From: an uncultured bacterium
GTDB taxonomy: Bacteria > Patescibacteriota > Minisyncoccia > UBA6257 > 2-01-FULL-56-20
Reading direction: 5' to 3'
Assembly: GCA_963719425.1 (NCBI GenBank)
Contig: OY970382.1
Location: 71,888 to 135,887, forward strand
DNA length: 64,000 nucleotides
Shown one piece after another: positions 57,583-64,000 of the stretch. Below the pieces are notes generated by a model. The model had not been told where the DNA came from. It did not search any database and saw nothing but the letters and a program-made list of their open reading frames with translations. Numbering within the stretch: position 1 is the stretch's first letter; every line of letters begins with the position of its first letter. Both the position numbers and the translations under genes were made by a program.

Positions 57583-59013
57583 ATGGACCGGTTTTACGTT
57601 ACGACCCCCATTTATTACGTGAACGATAAGCCGCATATCGGCCATGCGTACACGACGATCGTGGCGGACATGCTCGCGCGCTCACGGCGCGCGTACGGCG
57701 AGGACGTGTGCTTCCTTACCGGCACCGACGAGTTTGCGCAGAAGACTGTGGACGCGGCGAAGAAGGCGGGAGAGGAAACGCAGGCCTATGCCGACCGGAT
57801 GGCCGCAATATGGCGCTCCACATGGGAAAAACTCGGCATCTCCAATACGGATTTTATCCGCACGACCGAGCCGAGGCACATGGAGGTCGTGCAGGAGGTT
57901 TGGCGGCGCGTGCAGGCTGCCGGGGATATCTACAAGGGGCAATACCAGGGGCTCTATTGCAAAGGCTGTGAGGCCTTCAAAAACGAGGACGAACTCACGG
58001 ACGGTCTCTGTCCGGAGCATAAGACGAAGCCCGAACTCGTATCCGAGGAAAATTATTTCTTCCGACTTTCCAAATATCAAAAGAGGCTTCTGGATTTCTA
58101 CGACACACAAAGTGACTTCGTCACGCCCGCGTATCGCCTCAATGAGGTAAGGAGTTTCGTCGCGGCGGGCCTTGAGGATATCAGTATTTCCCGCGAGAAG
58201 CGTTCGTGGGGGATCCCGGTGCCGGACGATCCGGGACAGGTAATCTACGTATGGTTTGACGCGCTCGTCAATTACATTTCGGCGGTCGGCATTGAGGGAT
58301 GGGAAGCGCATCCGGCGGACGCCCACGTGATGGCGAAAGACATCATCCGTTTCCATGCAGTGATCTGGCCCGCGATGCTCATGTCTGCGGGACTGCCGCT
58401 CCCGGGGCAGGTCGTCGTCCACGGTTTCTTCACCGTGAATGGCGTGAAAATATCAAAGTCACTGGGGAACGTGATTGATCCACTGGACATTGCGAAAAAA
58501 TACGGCACCGACGCCCTTCGCTACTTCCTGCTCCGCGAGATACCGTTCGGGGAGGACGGGGATTTTTCGGAAGCGAAGGCGGGGGAGCGATACCGAAGCG
58601 ACCTTGCGAACGGATTGGGGAATTTTGCCGCGCGCGTGCTCACGCTCGCGGAAAAAGAGGAATTGGCATGCGCGTTGCCGAGCCACGAATTTGAGGAGCG
58701 AATCGCGGAAATGAAGCGTATCGTGCACGCAAAGATGGGCGAGTACAGGTTTTCGGAGGCGCTTGCGGCCGTTTGGGCGGCGATCGCGTTCGGCGATCGT
58801 TATATGGAGGAGAAAAAGGCCTGGGGGATAAAGGACGAGGCGAAACGGAGGCTCGTGCTCTGCAATCTCACGCTCCTCTTGGAGAGTGTTGCCGAGGCAC
58901 TCGTGCCGTTCCTGCCGGACGCGGCCGCAAAGATACGCGGGGCGATCGTGCGGAACGAAGAGGTCCTGACCGCAAAGAAAACGGAGAGCCTTTTCCCACG
59001 GCTCAAAGAATAG
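57583..59013 (+). CDS. metG: Methionine--tRNA ligase
   Basis: TTPIYYVN..PHIGHAY, YVWFDAL.NY, KDIIRFH, KISKS. Confidence 0.96.
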   Translation: MDRFYVTTPIYYVNDKPHIGHAYTTIVADMLARSRRAYGEDVCFLTGTDEFAQKTVDAAKKAGEETQAYADRMAAIWRSTWEKLGISNTDFIRTTEPRHMEVVQEVWRRVQAAGDIYKGQYQGLYCKGCEAFKNEDELTDGLCPEHKTKPELVSEENYFFRLSKYQKRLLDFYDTQSDFVTPAYRLNEVRSFVAAGLEDISISREKRSWGIPVPDDPGQVIYVWFDALVNYISAVGIEGWEAHPADAHVMAKDIIRFHAVIWPAMLMSAGLPLPGQVVVHGFFTVNGVKISKSLGNVIDPLDIAKKYGTDALRYFLLREIPFGEDGDFSEAKAGERYRSDLANGLGNFAARVLTLAEKEELACALPSHEFEERIAEMKRIVHAKMGEYRFSEALAAVWAAIAFGDRYMEEKKAWGIKDEAKRRLVLCNLTLLLESVAEALVPFLPDAAAKIRGAIVRNEEVLTAKKTESLFPRLKE

Positions 59014-59014
59014 C

Positions 59015-59884
59015 ATGGAGTTTTTTGACGCGCATGCACATATGCAGTTTTCCGCATACGACGTCGACCGCGCATCGGTGATCCGGCGCGCAGAGGACGC
59101 GGGCGTCCGCGTCGTGAACATAGGCACCCAGCGCGACACCTCCGCGCGCGCCGTCGCGCTTGCGGAACAGCATGCCGGATTCTACGCTGCGGTGGGGCTC
59201 CATCCCATCCATACAAGCGAGTCGTACCATGATGCGGACGAGCTTGGCGGGGGCGAGGCGGCGAAGGCGTTCACCTCGCGTGGCGAAATATTCGACGCCG
59301 ATCATTACAGGACGCTTGCCCTTCATCCGAAAACGGTTGCGATCGGGGAATGCGGTCTTGATTATTTCCGTTTCAACGAGGACGAGAGCCGCGAGGAGCA
59401 AATAGAAAGACAGAAAGCGGCGTTCCTCGCGCAGATAGCATTCGCGCGCGAAGTGAAAAAGCCGCTCATGATCCATTGCCGCGACGCGTTCGCGGACCTC
59501 GTTCATTTATTGAAGGACAACGCATCCGGGTTTCCCGCCAGCGGTCCCGGTATCATTCACTTTTTCACTGGCAGCACCGCAGACGCAAAACAGCTGCTTG
59601 ATCTTAGATTTTATTTCACATTCGGCGGCGCGATCACGTTTCCACCGCGGAAAGGGAAAGCCGAAGGTGACTACGATGCGATCGTGAAAATGATTCCGGT
59701 GGACAAAATCTTATCCGAGACCGACGCGCCCTATGTCGCGCCCGCGCCCTATCGCGGCAAGCGCAATGAACCCGCCTACGTAGTTGAGGTGGTTAAAAAA
59801 CTCGCCGAGCTCAAAGGTATTTCTTTTGAAAAAATGGCGGAGCAGGTATTTCGGAATGCCCAGCGGATTTTCATAACATCTTGA
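59015..59884 (+). CDS. tatD: TatD family DNase
   Basis: DAHAH, GLHP, IGECGLDY, IHCR, ETDAPY. Confidence 0.94.
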   Translation: MEFFDAHAHMQFSAYDVDRASVIRRAEDAGVRVVNIGTQRDTSARAVALAEQHAGFYAAVGLHPIHTSESYHDADELGGGEAAKAFTSRGEIFDADHYRTLALHPKTVAIGECGLDYFRFNEDESREEQIERQKAAFLAQIAFAREVKKPLMIHCRDAFADLVHLLKDNASGFPASGPGIIHFFTGSTADAKQLLDLRFYFTFGGAITFPPRKGKAEGDYDAIVKMIPVDKILSETDAPYVAPAPYRGKRNEPAYVVEVVKKLAELKGISFEKMAEQVFRNAQRIFITS

Positions 59885-60050
59885 CCGGCGGAAGTTCTCG
59901 TATTATCCTAAAAGATGTTCCTTTTGGGCGTTTTTCTTAACCCGGCCGCGCCGCCTCGGCGCGGCCCCAACCAAGTCCCCGTTGGTGATTTTGACCAACG
60001 GGGCAAATTCTTTTCAATGCCCGCAAATCGGTTTACAATATGAAATATCT

Positions 60051-63000
60051 ATGTCCAAATACGAACCGAAGGATTTTGAGGCGAAATGGCAGAAAAAATG
60101 GCTGGAGGAAGGTGTCTATGAACCGGACTTAGATAAAGCAAAGAAACCGTTCTACAACCTAATGATGTTTCCGTACCCCTCGGCGGAGGGGTTACATGTG
60201 GGAAACATGTACGCGTTCACGGGCGCGGACATCTACGGGCGGATGAAGCGCATGCAGGGCAATGACGTGTTTGAACCGATCGGCCTGGACGGTTTCGGCA
60301 TCCATTCGGAAAATTATGCGCTGAAGATCGGTGCGCATCCGATGGACCGGGCAAAGGTTTCGGAGGAGCGTTTTTATAAACAGCTCGCCGCCATCGGCAA
60401 CGGTTTTGCGTGGAACGAGCGATTGGAGACCTATGACCCCGAATACTACCGCTGGACGCAGTGGATCTTCGTCCAAATGTGGAAGCACGGCCTTGCGTAC
60501 CGAAAAAAGCAGTCGGTCAATTGGTGCCCGAAGGACCAGACGGTGCTTGCCGATGAACAGGTGATCGCGGGCGCCTGTGAGCGCTGTGGGACGCCGGTCA
60601 TCCAAAGGGAGCTTGAGCAATGGTTTTTCAAAATCACCGAGTACGCCGGCCGTCTGCTCAAGAATCTGGAAACGTTGGATTGGTCGGAAAAAGTGAAAAT
60701 CGCGCAGAAGAAATGGATAGGGAAGTCGGAAGGAGCGGTAATAGAATTTCCGATAAAAACTGATGTAAAAAAAGTTGTACTGATGCATGGTAAAGATACG
60801 AATCCCAGTCAAAAATGGTACCCCTGGATGATTAAAGAAATTAAAAAAAGGAAAATTGAATGTGTCGCTCCTTATTTGCCCAATCCAAACAATCCAGAGA
60901 TTGATGCTTGGATTAAAGAAGTTGAAAAGACACATCCGGACAAAAATACTGTTTTAGTAGGTCACTCCCGCGGCGGGGTCGCGATTTTGCGATGGTTGGA
61001 AAGTATGCCGAGGGGCGATAAGGTTAAGCAGGTGATCTTGGTAGCGGCCAACAGAGGAGACAATAAAGAATCGGATGGTAAGTTTTTAGGGAAACCGTAT
61101 AATTTCGAAAAAATAAAATCGCATTGCGATGATTTTGTGGTTTTACATTCCCGCGATGACGAATGGGTGCCCTTTGAAGTGGGAGAATATCTTGCGAAGG
61201 GGTTAAACGCCGATTTCCTGATTTTTGATGGGAAGGGGCATTTTGGAAAATATTTAAAATCGCCCGAAATTCCAGAAATCATCGCTAAACTTTTCCCTTC
61301 GATTAGGGTTTTCACGACGAGGCCGGATACGCTTTTCGGCGCGACCTACATGGTGCTCGCGCCCGAGCATCCGTTGGTTGCGCAGCTTGAATCTCGTATC
61401 GCCAATTTGAGCGAGGTGAAGAAATATATAAAGAATGCGAAGGATAAAACCGACGCCGAGCGCATCGCGGAAGGAAAAGAGAAAAGCGGCGTGGAGCTGA
61501 AAGGCATCAGGGCCATCAATCCGGCCACCAAAGAAGAAATACCGATTTGGGTCGCCGACTATGTTTTGGCGATCTATGGAACGGGCGCCATTATGGCCGT
61601 TCCCGCGCACGACGGGCGCGACTTTGCGTTTGCAAAGAAGTTCAGGCTGCCTATCAGGAAAGTGGTAATTCCCGTTTTGCGCTCGCAATCGGCCATAGCG
61701 GGGGCTACCGGGATTGCGGAGAGCGGGATTTCGATTGAAAGCGAAATGTGGGAAGGGGACGGCGAGCTTGTGGATTCCGGGGAGTTTGATGGCATGGATT
61801 CTGAAAAAGCGAAGTGGGAAATCGCGAAATTTGTGGGCGGCGAGCGGAAAACGACCTACCGCCTGCGCGACTGGCTTATCTCGCGCCAGCGCTACTGGGG
61901 GCCGCCGATCCCGATGGTGCACTGCGAAGCGTGCGCGCGTGCGAAAAAAGGCGAGCATGCGGACATGCCCGGTTGGTATGCGGTGCCCGAGGAAGACCTG
62001 CCCGTGAAGCTTCCCTATGTGAAGGATTTCCGTCCGACGGGGAGCGGTGTTTCACCTCTCGCTGCAGTGAAGGAATTTTATGAGACCAAGTGCCCCGCGT
62101 GCGGCGGCCCCGCGCGGCGGGAAACGGACGTATCGGACACATTCCTGGATTCGGCGTGGTACTATCTCCGCTATCTTGATCCGCAGAATACGAAGGGAGC
62201 GTTCAATTACAAGCGGACTGAGAAATGGCTGCCGATAGAAAAAGGAACCGCCACGCGGCTCTACACGGGCGGCGCGGAGCACTCGGTACTTCACCTGCTC
62301 TATGTGCGATTCGTGGCGATGGCGCTTGCCGATTGGGGATTCGTCGTCTCGCCGGAACCGTTCAAAAAATTCCGCGCGCACGGGTTGCTCATCAAAGAAG
62401 GCGCCAAAATGTCCAAATCCAAAGGCAACGTCATCAATCCTGACGAATACATTCAGAAATTCGGCGCGGACACGCTGCGGATGTACCTTATGTTCTTGGC
62501 GCCATTTGAGGACGGCGGCGATTTCCGCGACCAGGCGATCCTCGGTATTCTCCGTTTTTTGGAGCGTGTGTGGAAATTGGGCGAGGCGGTCGCCTCCGAA
62601 AAACGGATGGACAGCGCCCCCACGAGCGCAAAAAGAAAAGGAAGCAGAGTGATCGCGATTGCAGTGAAAAAGGTATCCGAGGACATCGAGCGGCTGCACT
62701 ACAACACCGCGGTGAGCGCGCTCATGATATGCCTCCGCGCGCTGGAAGAGGAACGTGAAGAGGGATATGTCGCCCGCGGGGACTTTGAAACATTTCTGAA
62801 ACTGCTCGCGCCCTTCGCGCCGCACATCGCAGAGGAACTTTGGCGCAGCGCCCTCGGCGAGGTTGCCTCCGTCCATCGCGCCGCATGGCCAGTATACGAT
62901 CCGGCGCTTATCGCGCAGGAGTCGATCGCGCTCGTCGTCCAGGTGAACGGCAAGGTGCGCGACGTAATTGCGGCGGATGCCTCCACCATCACCGAGGCGG

Positions 63001-63113
63001 CCGCGAAGGAACTCGCGCTCCGGAGCAAAAAGGTGCAAAATGCTCTGGGGGGCCGGACGCCCGCAAAGGTCATTTATGTAGATAAAAAACTAGTGAATAT
63101 CGTACTTCCATAA
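60051..63113 (+). CDS. leuS: Leucine--tRNA ligase with an inserted alpha/beta hydrolase domain
   Basis: MFPYPSAEGLHVGN, FTTRPDTLFG, DWLISRQRYWG, KMSKSKGN, VQVNGKVR. Confidence 0.96.
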   Translation: MSKYEPKDFEAKWQKKWLEEGVYEPDLDKAKKPFYNLMMFPYPSAEGLHVGNMYAFTGADIYGRMKRMQGNDVFEPIGLDGFGIHSENYALKIGAHPMDRAKVSEERFYKQLAAIGNGFAWNERLETYDPEYYRWTQWIFVQMWKHGLAYRKKQSVNWCPKDQTVLADEQVIAGACERCGTPVIQRELEQWFFKITEYAGRLLKNLETLDWSEKVKIAQKKWIGKSEGAVIEFPIKTDVKKVVLMHGKDTNPSQKWYPWMIKEIKKRKIECVAPYLPNPNNPEIDAWIKEVEKTHPDKNTVLVGHSRGGVAILRWLESMPRGDKVKQVILVAANRGDNKESDGKFLGKPYNFEKIKSHCDDFVVLHSRDDEWVPFEVGEYLAKGLNADFLIFDGKGHFGKYLKSPEIPEIIAKLFPSIRVFTTRPDTLFGATYMVLAPEHPLVAQLESRIANLSEVKKYIKNAKDKTDAERIAEGKEKSGVELKGIRAINPATKEEIPIWVADYVLAIYGTGAIMAVPAHDGRDFAFAKKFRLPIRKVVIPVLRSQSAIAGATGIAESGISIESEMWEGDGELVDSGEFDGMDSEKAKWEIAKFVGGERKTTYRLRDWLISRQRYWGPPIPMVHCEACARAKKGEHADMPGWYAVPEEDLPVKLPYVKDFRPTGSGVSPLAAVKEFYETKCPACGGPARRETDVSDTFLDSAWYYLRYLDPQNTKGAFNYKRTEKWLPIEKGTATRLYTGGAEHSVLHLLYVRFVAMALADWGFVVSPEPFKKFRAHGLLIKEGAKMSKSKGNVINPDEYIQKFGADTLRMYLMFLAPFEDGGDFRDQAILGILRFLERVWKLGEAVASEKRMDSAPTSAKRKGSRVIAIAVKKVSEDIERLHYNTAVSALMICLRALEEEREEGYVARGDFETFLKLLAPFAPHIAEELWRSALGEVASVHRAAWPVYDPALIAQESIALVVQVNGKVRDVIAADASTITEAAAKELALRSKKVQNALGGRTPAKVIYVDKKLVNIVLP

Positions 63114-64000
63114 TGACGCGCGTTATCTTTGTGATAGTGATTATTTTCGTCCTTGGCGCGCTGCTTTATTTTTTCAGCACGGGCCACACCAGTTTCAAGC
63201 TTTTCCCTCTCATTCCTCCGGCGCCCTCGTCTTCGTACCAAGCCGCTTCTTCGGCGCAGTCGTACGCGGTTTCCAATCCCGCCTCCACCACTATAACGGC
63301 GGCGCCCACTCCCACTTCCACCGCCACCACCACCACCTCCTCTCCGGTGAACGTTCCCGAAGGGTTTACGGCAGACGAACTCTCACCGTACTACGGGCAA
63401 GTTCGCTTCGGCGGCGTATCCCCCTCGTATTCTTATTACTACGGTTCCTACGGCCAGATTACGCTCTACGCGTATCCTGTGAACCAGTCATCAAGCATTG
63501 ACGTAACAGGATGGGAGATCAAAGGGAACCAGGGTGGTGAATATATTCCCCAAGCCGTCAATATTTACGATCCGCTGGGGTTGAATCCTTCCACAGACAT
63601 CTTCCTCAAGAGCAGCGACTATCTGAATCTTTACTCGGACTCCGCGCCAGTGAATCTCCGGCTCAACGAATGCGTCGGCTATCTTCCGAATCAGAGCCAG
63701 TTCAATCCTTCGTTGCCGCAGAACTGTCCCTACGTTGACTGGTCGGAGATCCAAACGTTCAGCGGCGCGTGCCAGAATTACATTCTTTCGCTCGGCAGCT
63801 GCCAACGTCCCAACTTCAACAGTTTTTCCATTCCGCAAAACGATTATGCCTGCTTGAATTATTTAAATACCCACTTTAACTATCTCTCGTGCTTCAATGC
63901 GCACTACGGCGATTCCGGTTTTCTTTCTCACGAGGTACGCGTGTGGATGGGGGCGAGCCCCATTGACCAGTTCCACGATCGTGTGGAGCTACTTGATAGG
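63113..64000 (+). CDS. Membrane-anchored hypothetical protein (runs off the window end; not in ORF track)
   Basis: ATG overlaps the leuS stop; MTRVIFVIVIIFVLGALLYFF, S/T/P linker, then ...IDVTGWEIK...RLNECVGYL... open to 64000. Confidence 0.8.
   Translation, partial: MTRVIFVIVIIFVLGALLYFFSTGHTSFKLFPLIPPAPSSSYQAASSAQSYAVSNPASTTITAAPTPTSTATTTTSSPVNVPEGFTADELSPYYGQVRFGGVSPSYSYYYGSYGQITLYAYPVNQSSSIDVTGWEIKGNQGGEYIPQAVNIYDPLGLNPSTDIFLKSSDYLNLYSDSAPVNLRLNECVGYLPNQSQFNPSLPQNCPYVDWSEIQTFSGACQNYILSLGSCQRPNFNSFSIPQNDYACLNYLNTHFNYLSCFNAHYGDSGFLSHEVRVWMGASPIDQFHDRVELLDR

Noticed and set aside
60760-61297. Intein in leuS (or in valS at 34118-34486)
   Set aside because: No N-terminal Cys/Ser block, no C-terminal His-Asn and no LAGLIDADG motif.
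1-64000. CRISPR array, cas genes, integrase, transposase, reverse transcriptase or prophage
   Set aside because: No regularly spaced direct repeats and no such proteins were recognised. The baseplate-J-like gene has no phage neighbours.

Overview
Chromosomal segment that looks like a Patescibacteria/CPR (Parcubacteria-like) bacterium using genetic code 11. This lineage call is an inference from the streamlined aaRS genes, RpoA without an alpha-CTD, CAP/PEGA/DUF11/baseplate-J-like surface proteins and many apparently leaderless genes. Core genes include dnaG-rpoD, alaS, infA-rpmJ-rpsM-rpsK-rpsD-rpoA-rplQ-rplM-rpsI, nrdJ, rpmB, valS, metK, xseA/xseB, dinB, tsaD, rplY, metG, tatD and leuS. RNA elements include tRNA-Pro(GGG), a clear SAM-I riboswitch and a probable compact 6S RNA. 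Most notable unexplained signals: (1) a ~265-nt highly structured orphan RNA between xseA and HIT/xseB; (2) whole foreign domains inserted in frame into LeuRS (RBBP9/YdeN hydrolase) and ValRS (ASCH/PUA-like); (3) a TTTAA-N6-TTTAA direct repeat at near-fixed spacing upstream of the -10 box of toxin/nuclease genes; (4) a recurrent AAAGGTCG 5'-UTR motif; (5) a ~95-nt three-way-junction sRNA divergent from an NYN RNase gene; (6) several long inverted-repeat elements. All calls were made by eye, with no database searches.
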